DNA from: Patescibacteria group bacterium
GTDB lineage: Bacteria > Patescibacteriota > Minisyncoccia > Phycocordibacterales > UBA6899
Assembly: GCA_036846065.1 (NCBI GenBank)
Contig: DAIUCR010000001.1
Coordinates: 1-47,700 of the forward strand
Reading direction: 5' to 3'
Length of the DNA: 47,700 nucleotides
Shown: in pieces, positions 1-7,906 of the stretch
How the letters are laid out: every line of letters begins with the position of its first letter
How positions within the stretch are numbered: the first letter of the stretch is position 1
The notes under the pieces: generated by a model
Database searches by the model: none
What the model saw: only the letters and a program-made list of their open reading frames with translations
What the model was told of the DNA's origin: nothing
Position numbers and translations under genes: made by a program

Positions 1-297
1 GGTGGGGAAAAGAAACAATCCGAAGTTCTCCAGCTTTTAGCGCTCAAGCCAAAGTTCGCATTTCTTGATGAGATAGACTCTGGTGTTGATGTTGATGCGA
101 TGAAGCGCATCTTTGCGGTCATTGAACATCTGCGTAAGGAGGGCGTCGGTTTCTTGCTTGTGACACACTACAGCAATATCTTAAAGAGTCTTACTCCTGA
201 TCATGTGCATGTTATGAAAGATGGAAAGCTTGTGCTCTCGGGAGGAAAAGAACTCGCCGAAAAGATCGCTCATGATGGTTTTGATACTATTGCGTAA
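1..297 (+). CDS. sufC: Fe-S cluster assembly ATPase SufC, C-terminal fragment (5' end outside window)
   Basis: Frame 1 is open from nt 1. The translation [34 protein letters not shown]... shows an ABC signature remnant, Walker B (FLDEIDSG) and H-loop (LVTHY). A DUF59 Fe-S gene follows directly. Confidence 0.8.
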   Translation, partial: GGEKKQSEVLQLLALKPKFAFLDEIDSGVDVDAMKRIFAVIEHLRKEGVGFLLVTHYSNILKSLTPDHVHVMKDGKLVLSGGKELAEKIAHDGFDTIA

Positions 298-302
298 TAA
301 TC

Positions 303-587
303 ATGCCTACGAAAGACGACATTATTGCAGCATTAAAGACGGTCATTGATCCAGAGATACATATTGATGTATGGACGCTCGGGCTTATTTACAATATCGA
401 GATAGGAGAGGATGGTATCGACGTCTTAATGACACTCACGACGCCATTTTGCCCGTACGGAGATGAGATTGTTCAGAAGGTGGAAAAGTCACTTAAGGGT
501 TTTGGTGTTGAAGTGCGCGTGGATCTCACCTTTGAACCAGAGTGGCAACCACCCGAAGATATCAAGATCGCGCTTGGGATTTCATGA
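303..587 (+). CDS. DUF59/MIP18-family Fe-S cluster assembly protein (SufT/PaaD-like)
   Basis: 94 aa. It has the pattern VIDPEI..DVWTLGLIY...TLTTPFCP typical of DUF59 proteins and lies 5 nt after sufC. Confidence 0.75.
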   Translation: MPTKDDIIAALKTVIDPEIHIDVWTLGLIYNIEIGEDGIDVLMTLTTPFCPYGDEIVQKVEKSLKGFGVEVRVDLTFEPEWQPPEDIKIALGIS

Positions 588-589
588 TA

Positions 590-622
590 CAAAAAAAACA
601 CCCCGAATTGGGGTGTTTTTTT
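590..622. terminator. Bidirectional intrinsic terminator
   Basis: Stem CACCCC (599-604) / GGGGTG (610-615), flanked by an A-run (590-598) and a T-run (616-622). It lies between convergent genes. Confidence 0.8.
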
Positions 623-632
623 AGAGCAATAT

Positions 633-1406
633 TTATTTTGTTCCTGCTCCTCCTGCCGCGACTGCACCAACGATCGCTTTGACTTGTTCGTATGTGAGTG
701 CGCCGTTGATAGGTAACTGCTTCCCAGTCTTTCGGTTGTAGACCACGCTGAAAGGAGTTCCTCGTACACCCGCGAGAACACCGCTTTCAAAGTCTTTTTC
801 TATTCGCGCTGCATATTTTCCGCTCGAGAGACATGCGTTGAACGCTCCCACGTCGAGTCCGACAAACTCTGCGACGAGTGGAAGTTGCGACTCATCGAGT
901 CCATTGTTTCCCGGGGTGATCTCAAAGATCCTGTCAGTGTATTTCCAGAATGCATCATTGCCTCCAAGTTCACCTGCGCACTCAAGTGCCTCTGCTTCCT
1001 TTCGTGCCTTAGGATGAAGTTGGTCGAGTGGCCAGTGGCGATAGACCCAAGCGACTGAACCGCTTTTTCCGTAATTCTCCATCACTTGGAGCATTGTTGT
1101 GTGGAAGCGTTTGCAATATGGGCACTCTGTATCCGAGTATTCGATGATCACTACATCTGCTCCAGGGTTTCCGAGTACATGATCTTCTTGTGTGATGGCG
1201 AGTACGTCAGCCGGTACTCCAGTCGTCTCTTCTTGGTCTTGATTATTCACGATACCCGCTCTTGCGCCTCCGTCAGATTTTGGATCAGAAAAAATGATCG
1301 CACCTGCAATGAGGACTCCGGCGAATACTATTGAAAGGGGTATGCTGAGATCTTCAAATTTGCTTTGTTTCTTCTCGAGTTCGGGTGTGGTTTTTTCGGA
1401 CTCCAT
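633..1406 (-). CDS. DsbA/BdbD-family thiol:disulfide oxidoreductase, membrane-anchored
   Basis: 257 aa with an N-terminal TM helix (LSIPLSIVFAGVLIAGAIIF). It has a thioredoxin-fold CxxC motif (SDTECPYCKRFH) and a C-terminal GTPF motif typical of the DsbA family. Confidence 0.8.
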   Translation of the reverse strand: MESEKTTPELEKKQSKFEDLSIPLSIVFAGVLIAGAIIFSDPKSDGGARAGIVNNQDQEETTGVPADVLAITQEDHVLGNPGADVVIIEYSDTECPYCKRFHTTMLQVMENYGKSGSVAWVYRHWPLDQLHPKARKEAEALECAGELGGNDAFWKYTDRIFEITPGNNGLDESQLPLVAEFVGLDVGAFNACLSSGKYAARIEKDFESGVLAGVRGTPFSVVYNRKTGKQLPINGALTYEQVKAIVGAVAAGGAGTK

Positions 1407-1574
1407 ATATGTAGTAAAGTTAGATTAAGTTTAAGTAATCACGGACTCTTGCTTGCTCGTCGCTCAGTTGAAGTCTCAATAAATATATTTGGACTTCTCC
1501 CTCGCTTGGGCGAAGTAAAGTTGTCTGATTATAGCATGCATGAAGTGGCATACAAATTGAAGAAGTTTGTTGTA

Positions 1575-1602
1575 TTGACAGATCGTAATTCACTGACATA
1601 AT
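1575..1602 (+). promoter_or_regulatory. Sigma70-type promoter (TTGACA-16-CATAAT)
   Basis: TTGACA at 1575-1580, a 16-nt spacer, and CATAAT at 1597-1602. It lies about 45 nt upstream of the SD-led ORF at 1648. Confidence 0.6.
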
Positions 1603-1647
1603 CAAAATAGTTGTTTGGTGGTTCATTTGAATAAAAGGAGTACGGTC

Positions 1648-1860
1648 ATGAGTCATGCTTCGTCAGAAAGAGGGGCCCTCTTTGAGCAACGCCAAGCGGG
1701 CAGTGAAGAATTTTGCAGCGTATGTTTTTCCTTGATGGGTTTCTCGAAAGAGCGCAATATCGAAGATCCTATTCGCTTTACGGGTGGTGCTGCTTATATT
1801 CGTGGCGTTGGACAAGTTTGCCACGACTGCAATAAGGAGGCACCAAAAGAGAAAGAGTGA
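1648..1860 (+). CDS. Small hypothetical protein with a CxxC...CxxC zinc-ribbon-like pattern
   Basis: AAGGAG at 1635-1640 lies 7 nt before ATG 1648. The 70-aa product has CSVC and CHDC pairs. I saw no recognisable family. Confidence 0.5.
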   Translation: MSHASSERGALFEQRQAGSEEFCSVCFSLMGFSKERNIEDPIRFTGGAAYIRGVGQVCHDCNKEAPKEKE

Positions 1861-1877
1861 ATCAGGGGGGGTGTCTT

Positions 1878-2171
1878 ATGGATAAGATCACTACGAATAC
1901 GTCCATTCTACTTCATTTTGGGGAATGGAAGACGCGCAGGATATTCCGTGTCGCCATGTGTCGTGTTCCAAGAAAGGGTGACATGCTCGGTCTGATCTTC
2001 GTTGGCTTTGATACGAAAGGAGTGGCTATTCTTCATCAGGTTTGTGAGGTGCGTAATGTTGTACGCCGTAATTTTGATGGGAATCTGTGCGTCACTGCTG
2101 CGATAAGGTCGGAATTTAAAACTCCATTTGCTCATATTGATGCGGAGGATTGCTATGTGCTTTCTGTTTAA
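1878..2171 (+). CDS. Hypothetical protein (97 aa)
   Basis: ATG 1878 is preceded by a G-rich tract (1864-1870). An alternative GTG at 1857 overlaps the upstream stop (GTGA). A strong terminator follows. No family recognised. Confidence 0.45.
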   Translation: MDKITTNTSILLHFGEWKTRRIFRVAMCRVPRKGDMLGLIFVGFDTKGVAILHQVCEVRNVVRRNFDGNLCVTAAIRSEFKTPFAHIDAEDCYVLSV

Positions 2172-2191
2172 AGCAACGTGCTTTGCTTCGT

Positions 2192-2229
2192 AAAGCTGTC
2201 TTTAGAAATTAAAGACAGCTTTTTCTTTT
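2192..2229 (+). terminator. Intrinsic terminator
   Basis: 13-bp stem AAAGCTGTCTTTA / TAAAGACAGCTTT with loop GAAAT, followed by TTCTTTT. Confidence 0.85.
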
Positions 2230-2241
2230 GAGACGAACTCC

Positions 2242-2270
2242 TTGCTCCTTCCCCCTCGCTGCGTTAGTAT
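2242..2270 (+). promoter_or_regulatory. Promoter abutting engB start (TTGCTC-17-TAGTAT, 6 nt to ATG)
   Basis: -35 at 2242-2247 and -10 at 2265-2270, with ATG at 2277 and no SD. This implies a leaderless transcript. Confidence 0.55.
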
Positions 2271-2276
2271 GCCGAT

Positions 2277-2993
2277 ATGACACAAAAACCCAAGCCCAAG
2301 CGCAGAAGCGGGAAAAAGGTCTCTCATCAATCAGCGCGTTCGACGATGACTCATAGTGGCCAGCGTGCTGTTTTTGCGAAAGGAGTGATCGGTTCTGACT
2401 CTATTCTTCATGATGGTCGCCCACAGGTCGCTTTTGTCGGCCGCTCGAATGTTGGCAAGTCTTCCACGATCAACGCACTGCTTGGTGCGAAATTTGCCCG
2501 CGTGAGTATGACTCCGGGAAAGACTCAGGAGATCAATTTTTTCCTCGTCAATAATAAACTCTATTTTGTTGACCTTCCTGGTTATGGATTTGCACGTATC
2601 ACACAGAAGGGTGCAGACAAGATCCGTAAGCATATTGTGTGGTATCTCTCGGGTGGTGAGGCGAATCCCGCTGCGATCGTGCTTATTATTGATGCATGTG
2701 TCGGACTTACTGAGTATGACCGCGAACTTATTTCCGTTGTTGCACAGGAGGGGTACGAGCTTGTTATTCTTGCAAATAAGATCGATCGCTTGAATCAATC
2801 CGAGCGAGTGAAGGCACTGCGCGCACTCACAGGAGAACTTCCTTACGCCACGATCGTACCATTTTCGGCAAAAACAAAAGAAGGCGTTGGAATGGTTCGT
2901 GAACAACTTTTCGTACTTGCGAGAAAGGGCGCAAAAGAAACTGCACAACAGCAAAAAGAGGAGGCTCTGCGCGTACTCCAACCCGAGGAATAG
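2277..2993 (+). CDS. engB: Ribosome biogenesis GTP-binding protein YsxC/EngB
   Basis: G1 motif GRSNVGKSS, G3 motif DLPGYG and G4 motif NKID. The basic N-terminal and C-terminal tails are typical of EngB. Confidence 0.85.
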   Translation: MTQKPKPKRRSGKKVSHQSARSTMTHSGQRAVFAKGVIGSDSILHDGRPQVAFVGRSNVGKSSTINALLGAKFARVSMTPGKTQEINFFLVNNKLYFVDLPGYGFARITQKGADKIRKHIVWYLSGGEANPAAIVLIIDACVGLTEYDRELISVVAQEGYELVILANKIDRLNQSERVKALRALTGELPYATIVPFSAKTKEGVGMVREQLFVLARKGAKETAQQQKEEALRVLQPEE

Positions 2994-3140
2994 CTTCATT
3001 CCGTTCTGAATCTAAGTAGTAGGGTTTTAATTAGCGCATCTGTCAATATATGCAGTTATCTCATCGTCCTTAGAATAAAGAGAGGGTATTTGTACATTGA
3101 CAGGCAAAAGAAGGATCTGTCTTTATGAAGGAGTGTCGAC

Positions 3141-5993
3141 ATGACTCAAACCCGAACACCGAAGAAGAGCTATTGGGGGAACCCTAAGCTCGTAAATCGT
3201 ATCAAGGAGTTGATCGAAAAAGAACGCGTGCTCTTGAAAGGCGAAGGACGTGATGGGGGATTTTCTCTCGAACGTCCATTGCAATATATCGCGACGCAGC
3301 TCAATAAAGAGTTCAAAGAATATCTTACGGCAGAAAAACACCGGATCACACTCATTTCGCTTCGCTCAAAGATCGGTAATCGTAAGGCTCTCGATGATAT
3401 CGTGTGGACCAAGGAGCGAGGGCTCCTGCTTGGGCAATATGTTGCCGAAGGTTGGCCGCTCGATAAGTATTATCGGGACTATCCCTTCATTCCGAAGGTC
3501 ATGATCGATGATCGCGCGAAACAATTGCGCGGCGGTAGTCATGAAAAGAGTCCTGTTCCGACCGTGCACGGTATCTTGCGGTTGGTTCCTGATGGTGCGA
3601 CAGTCGTACCTTTTGAGCTTCCGCATAGTGATGTAAACGAACCGATCGTGCTTCAGTCTGAAGGAGTAAGTGGTCTCATGCTTTTAAATGGCATACAGAT
3701 CGGTTTACCCTATGATGGTCGCATGTCACGGAACGTTCCTCGTTGTGCGATGGAAATAGCGGAACGTGAAGGGCTTGCCGTCTTTCTTACTGGCGGCTTG
3801 ATGCATTTGCGCTTGAAGCAGGCTCATGGAAACTCTCGGAATTTTGAAGCACGCACTTCCGCAATGGATCTTGATCTTGATGTCATGGATCCGAATTATA
3901 AGCGGTCAGTGCTCAAGATGATGAACAGTAGTGATGATGTTGCGAAGGTTGTATACACGACATTGCTCGAGAATTTCGAGAACCTTCGTGCTGCTTTGCG
4001 GAAGATCTTTTCTCACACACGTCAATCTGGAGGGGGGCCGCGTTATACGGTGCCTATCTATCTTCAGCTTGGTGCGCCGGAAGAATTGCTCATCACTATT
4101 GGTGCGTATTATGAATTGCGCATCGAGACGTTCCATCGTCGTGCGCTCCTGCAAAAACGTATTCAAGAAGCTCAGGCACGCTTGAATACGGCGTGGACGC
4201 AAGAGAAGCAGAATGAGTATGAAATGTTGGTTGCAGAGCTTTCTCGGACCGTGCTCACGAACGTGCATGATCGGTACCATATTGATGCGTACGAAAAAGT
4301 GCGCTCTTACGTCGTCGCGCAGCTTCAAGATGCGATCCCAGGAGTGCATGTTATTGGTTCGATGCATTCCTTTGTGCAGTTTCAGGATCAGGTCATCGAG
4401 CTCAAGCATGTCGGTAATGACGCGCTGTCGCTCGCGCTTATTGATGACTATATTCAGAGCGAGGGGAATAATGCGACGCGGACGGAAACACTCGCGGATT
4501 TTGTGGTGTTGTGTAACCGCTATAATCCGCACGTCGGAGAAACCTTTATCGACAATACGCGCTTCAATGAGAAAAAATCCGTTCCAGTGCTCTTGCTTCC
4601 CGTTGCAATCGACGGTGAGTATATAAAAAAGAAATTCAAGGAACGAGGACTCTCTGGTGGTCAGACCAAGATACAGAAGCTCGTCGGCCACGATCGTTTT
4701 CTTCCTCAGGTCGTCGTGCTTTCCCGAAAAGAACAAAATTGGATGTTCGATCTGTACGGGATACCCAGTATTCAGTATTTGGGTGGCCCGCTCAAGGATA
4801 AGGCGACATGGAAACGTAGGAAAGGTGATCGTAAGTATTTCAATTCACTGAGCTTTTCTGATATCCATTCGGGGCATCCGTGGGAGGAGCATATATTCGA
4901 TCGGAAACATAAGGAATTTCTCGATCTCACCAGTGCATTCCTTCGTCTGCTTCGCGAATCCAAGCAATTTGGCCGCGTACATTCTTTTGCGGTTCAAGAT
5001 GACTTGGTTCAGGGTGCGAATTTTGCGAACCACCTGCAGCCGCACGAGAATGTGATGTCCCTCAAAAAACTCGAGGAGTACATGCGGACGATGCAGTCGC
5101 AGATATCGACATATCGCCAGAAGGGCTCACATGGGCTCGCTGACAGCTATGAGGAGGAATTGTTTCGCACAATGATGCGTCAGCGTATCGTGAAAGGCGA
5201 GTATCGCAGTCAGGATCAGTTCCTGCGGTTGTTTGAGGGATTGATCATTCACAACGTTGACTTCTTTGCGAGCGTTCTTGATCGACATATGAACTCAGGT
5301 ATTCGCTGGCATGGAGTGAGCTCGCTTCGTAATAACATTGTTGATACGCGAGACCTGAAGGCGATCACGCTTGGGAATGGTAATCACTGGCGTCATACCG
5401 GGATTCGTGGCGAGAGTCATATCAGCGAAGGTTTTATCGTCGCGGAAATGATGAAGGCGCTCTTGCGGTATTATCCGGGCGCAAAACAGGTTGCGCATGT
5501 ACTTGATGAGCTTGTCGGCTCGCCGCTCCATGGTCAAGATTTTCTTGGTCTCGCTGTTGTTGAGGTGATGAAGGGCATACGTTTTGCTTTTCATATGCGT
5601 GGTAGTCCGACGCGAAAGGGTTCGGCGAATGGTTTTCCGCTTGAACAAGCGGCACGTAATGCGATCACGCGCGGCAATCACAGTGATTGTTTCCATGGAG
5701 TTGAAACGGAAGTGCAGTTGACCGGTGATATTCATAAAGGTGGTTTTGTATTTGTTCCCGGCTATCTGCATGTGTCTTGTCCTGCGGCAACACGCGGCGA
5801 CCCGTACGGCATCCATGGGTTTGCTCGTAGTCACATCGGTGGTGTGAATATCGCGTACCCCAAAGAGGGTATCAAGAAAGCTCCGGTCCGTATCACGTTC
5901 TTTATGGGTGATTGGATCGATCGTTGTTACGCGCTCCGCAGTAAGGGTGAGTTTGCCGTGAATTTTGACGAGCTCATACCTGCGCCGCTTTAA
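3141..5993 (+). CDS. Large orphan protein (950 aa); C-terminal half has a calcineurin-like metallophosphoesterase motif series (tentative)
   Basis: AAGGAG at 3127-3132 lies 8 nt before the ATG. Ordered motifs are SDIHSGH (D574/H576, nt 4860), QDDLVQG (nt 4995), GNGNHW (nt 5373), FHMRG (H818) and GDIHKGG (nt 5724). The fold assignment is motif-based only. Confidence 0.85.
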   Translation: MTQTRTPKKSYWGNPKLVNRIKELIEKERVLLKGEGRDGGFSLERPLQYIATQLNKEFKEYLTAEKHRITLISLRSKIGNRKALDDIVWTKERGLLLGQYVAEGWPLDKYYRDYPFIPKVMIDDRAKQLRGGSHEKSPVPTVHGILRLVPDGATVVPFELPHSDVNEPIVLQSEGVSGLMLLNGIQIGLPYDGRMSRNVPRCAMEIAEREGLAVFLTGGLMHLRLKQAHGNSRNFEARTSAMDLDLDVMDPNYKRSVLKMMNSSDDVAKVVYTTLLENFENLRAALRKIFSHTRQSGGGPRYTVPIYLQLGAPEELLITIGAYYELRIETFHRRALLQKRIQEAQARLNTAWTQEKQNEYEMLVAELSRTVLTNVHDRYHIDAYEKVRSYVVAQLQDAIPGVHVIGSMHSFVQFQDQVIELKHVGNDALSLALIDDYIQSEGNNATRTETLADFVVLCNRYNPHVGETFIDNTRFNEKKSVPVLLLPVAIDGEYIKKKFKERGLSGGQTKIQKLVGHDRFLPQVVVLSRKEQNWMFDLYGIPSIQYLGGPLKDKATWKRRKGDRKYFNSLSFSDIHSGHPWEEHIFDRKHKEFLDLTSAFLRLLRESKQFGRVHSFAVQDDLVQGANFANHLQPHENVMSLKKLEEYMRTMQSQISTYRQKGSHGLADSYEEELFRTMMRQRIVKGEYRSQDQFLRLFEGLIIHNVDFFASVLDRHMNSGIRWHGVSSLRNNIVDTRDLKAITLGNGNHWRHTGIRGESHISEGFIVAEMMKALLRYYPGAKQVAHVLDELVGSPLHGQDFLGLAVVEVMKGIRFAFHMRGSPTRKGSANGFPLEQAARNAITRGNHSDCFHGVETEVQLTGDIHKGGFVFVPGYLHVSCPAATRGDPYGIHGFARSHIGGVNIAYPKEGIKKAPVRITFFMGDWIDRCYALRSKGEFAVNFDELIPAPL

Positions 5994-6018
5994 TATCTTT
6001 CTTTTGTTTGTATGTTTA

Positions 6019-6047
6019 CCCCGTGGAAGTTTCCACGGGGTTTTTGT
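6019..6047 (+). terminator. Intrinsic terminator of the 950-aa gene
   Basis: Stem CCCCGTGGAA / TTCCACGGGG, followed by TTTTTGTTT. Confidence 0.85.
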
Positions 6048-6054
6048 TTATACT

Positions 6055-6090
6055 GAAATAAAGAAGCGCCACAATGATTATTGTGGCGCT
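6055..6090 (-). terminator. Intrinsic terminator of the ClpP-like gene
   Basis: 11-bp stem AGCGCCACAAT / ATTGTGGCGCT with loop GATT. On the minus strand it is followed by TCTTTATTT. Confidence 0.8.
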
Positions 6091-6096
6091 TTGTTA

Positions 6097-6747
6097 TTAC
6101 TTAATGAATCCGTCAGCGAGACCGATCTTGATCGTTTCTTGCGCGGTCACATATCGATCATGCTTGATGAGTTCAGCTAATTGCGCACGAGTATACTGAG
6201 GATTTTTTTTATTGATCTGAGCAAGATAGATATCCTCCATTATTGTTGCGTTGCGTGCATCGTGCTCCGCGTACTGTTGAAGATCTTTTGATGTTCCTGC
6301 GAAACTTGCCGATCCGTAGTGAAGGAGTACCGCTGCATGTCGCGCAAGTAGACGTTTTGTTCCTGCCTGAAGAATGACACTACCCATGCTCATGATCGGA
6401 CCGTATCCTTCAATGGTAATAGGGCATGGGGAATTACGAATGCGGTCGTATATTGCCATTCCGTGGTACCAGTCACCTCCGGGATTATTCATGACGATGG
6501 TGATCGGGCCAGTGTTGTCAAAATACTCAAGAATTTCCAGTGCAACGTGGAGCTTTTGAAACATGCTGACATCCGTGCCACTCTCATTTCCTTCGGCATC
6601 AACATGCATGCTTGAGAGAATGATCTGTCGCTTCGGAATAAAAACCCTTTCTTCCGTATAGAGTTTCAATGTATCATTCTGACTCATTGTCCTGCGTTTT
6701 CGTCGTTCGATCGGTGGCGTTGGTGGCTGCTCTTTTTTGCTTACCAT
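6097..6747 (-). CDS. ClpP-family serine protease (divergent, stand-alone)
   Basis: NNPGGDWYHGMAIYD and IMSMGSVILQAG (Ser), LLHYG (His) and IKHDRYVTAQETIKIGLADGFI (Asp) align by eye with E. coli ClpP S97/H122/D171 regions. AAAGGAGAG SD lies 6 nt before the ATG. There is a basic N-terminal extension. Confidence 0.75.
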   Translation of the reverse strand: MVSKKEQPPTPPIERRKRRTMSQNDTLKLYTEERVFIPKRQIILSSMHVDAEGNESGTDVSMFQKLHVALEILEYFDNTGPITIVMNNPGGDWYHGMAIYDRIRNSPCPITIEGYGPIMSMGSVILQAGTKRLLARHAAVLLHYGSASFAGTSKDLQQYAEHDARNATIMEDIYLAQINKKNPQYTRAQLAELIKHDRYVTAQETIKIGLADGFIK

Positions 6748-6831
6748 GAGGATCTCTCCTTTAGAGGTGCAGAGAATCTATTCCTTACTATATGTGTTTT
6801 TCCTCGGAATGCAACGGAGTGCTTTGTGATG

Positions 6832-6868
6832 CGTATAAAAATAAAACTCCACAGGAGATCCCATGGAG
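6832..6868 (-). terminator. Intrinsic terminator of the 202-aa orphan gene
   Basis: On the minus strand, stem ACTCCAT / GTGGAGT with a 10-nt loop, followed by TTTTATTTTTAT. Confidence 0.6.
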
Positions 6869-6877
6869 TCAATGTTG

Positions 6878-7486
6878 TTATTGTTGCGGATGCAGCTTAT
6901 TGTAAGTCAGATATCCCTTCGTATCACCTTTCTCAGGATCAGTGATCGAAGCATCTTCGTATTGAGCTGGGCCACCTTCGTAGAATGTGTGTGCCGCCTC
7001 GTAGAGTGCGCGCACTGCATTTTCTTTGGATATTTTTTCTGCATTAATGAGTGCAAGGGTGATCTCGGAGAGGGAGTAATTAAATTCACCAACAGCCTCA
7101 CCTCGGTCAGCATCAAAAAGGGAAACAAGTTCTGCGATGGAACTCCTTAGTCCGTGTTCGTCTGTTGTCATTTCCATACCGCTCGCTGCTGGGGTTCTGG
7201 AGCGGAACGTTTCGACATGAAAATTCAGTCGTCGCATCATCTCCCATATCGCGCATATCGCAACACCGCAGTCGTCATTGAAATTATAATAGCGGACTTT
7301 CCCTTGGCGCTTGATAAAAAGTATTGCCCATTCATCGTAGAAAATATATGCACCAGAAGTGAGTGTGTTATAGATGTCTCCATTTTTTACACCGACCATC
7401 TTGCTCACTATTTCAGTGATCAGTGGGTCGAGTTTCTCTCTGCGTGCCTCGGTTGCGTGTCCTTTGATCTGTCGAATGTATGGCAT
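6878..7486 (-). CDS. Hypothetical protein (202 aa)
   Basis: ATG 7486 is preceded by AAAGGA with 5-nt spacing; the longer ORF begins at TTG 7510. No family recognised. Confidence 0.6.
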   Translation of the reverse strand: MPYIRQIKGHATEARREKLDPLITEIVSKMVGVKNGDIYNTLTSGAYIFYDEWAILFIKRQGKVRYYNFNDDCGVAICAIWEMMRRLNFHVETFRSRTPAASGMEMTTDEHGLRSSIAELVSLFDADRGEAVGEFNYSLSEITLALINAEKISKENAVRALYEAAHTFYEGGPAQYEDASITDPEKGDTKGYLTYNKLHPQQ

Positions 7487-7629
7487 GTTTATCCTTTGGT
7501 TATGTAACAAGTATTTCCGTGCTTAAGACTATCGCATCATCTATTCCTGTCAATTTGTTCAGAGTTGAGATCTTTTTGGGTGGGTGGGGCATAGGAAATT
7601 CTCGGGCGAGTCGCTATAATATTTCATGT

Positions 7630-7896
7630 ATGAAACATATTACTCTCCGCGTTCTTACGGCACCGCATTGCGCGCGTTGTGATGAGTTTTTGCGCTTCTT
7701 TGAATCGATACGAGGTGAGTGGCAAAATGTCGAAATGCAAGAGGTGAGTATGTTGAGCGAAGAAGGGCAGGAACTCGTACGAAAGCATCTTGTCTTTGCA
7801 TCTCCGGGCATCATCATCAACGACGATCTTTTTTGTTCGGGGGATTTTGATAAGACCGCAATACAGGAAAAGTTAAGATCTCTTTCCGTTATTTAA
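7630..7896 (+). CDS. Small thioredoxin-fold protein (glutaredoxin-like / redox-active disulfide protein type)
   Basis: 88 aa with CxxC (TAPHCARCDEF) near the N-terminus and an ..ASPGIIINDDL.. cis-Pro region. TATAAT at 7615-7620 lies 9 nt before the ATG. Confidence 0.6.
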   Translation: MKHITLRVLTAPHCARCDEFLRFFESIRGEWQNVEMQEVSMLSEEGQELVRKHLVFASPGIIINDDLFCSGDFDKTAIQEKLRSLSVI

Positions 7897-7906
7897 TAAT
7901 ATTCAT

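Noticed and set aside
2331-2999. 222-aa ORF antisense to engB
   Set aside because: The plus strand carries the G1/G3/G4 GTPase motifs of EngB. The antisense product has no features.
3906-4736. 276-aa ORF antisense to the 950-aa gene
   Set aside because: It lies entirely inside and opposite a strongly coding frame. It has no SD or promoter and has a junk-like composition (runs of R/L/I/F, no motifs). This is a typical shadow ORF.
3141-7510. Idea that the ClpP-like gene marks a prophage remnant (prohead protease)
   Set aside because: The block and its flanks contain no integrase, terminase, portal, capsid or tail genes and no direct repeats. The only tRNA is 19 kb away. It is kept only as an orphan-gene block.
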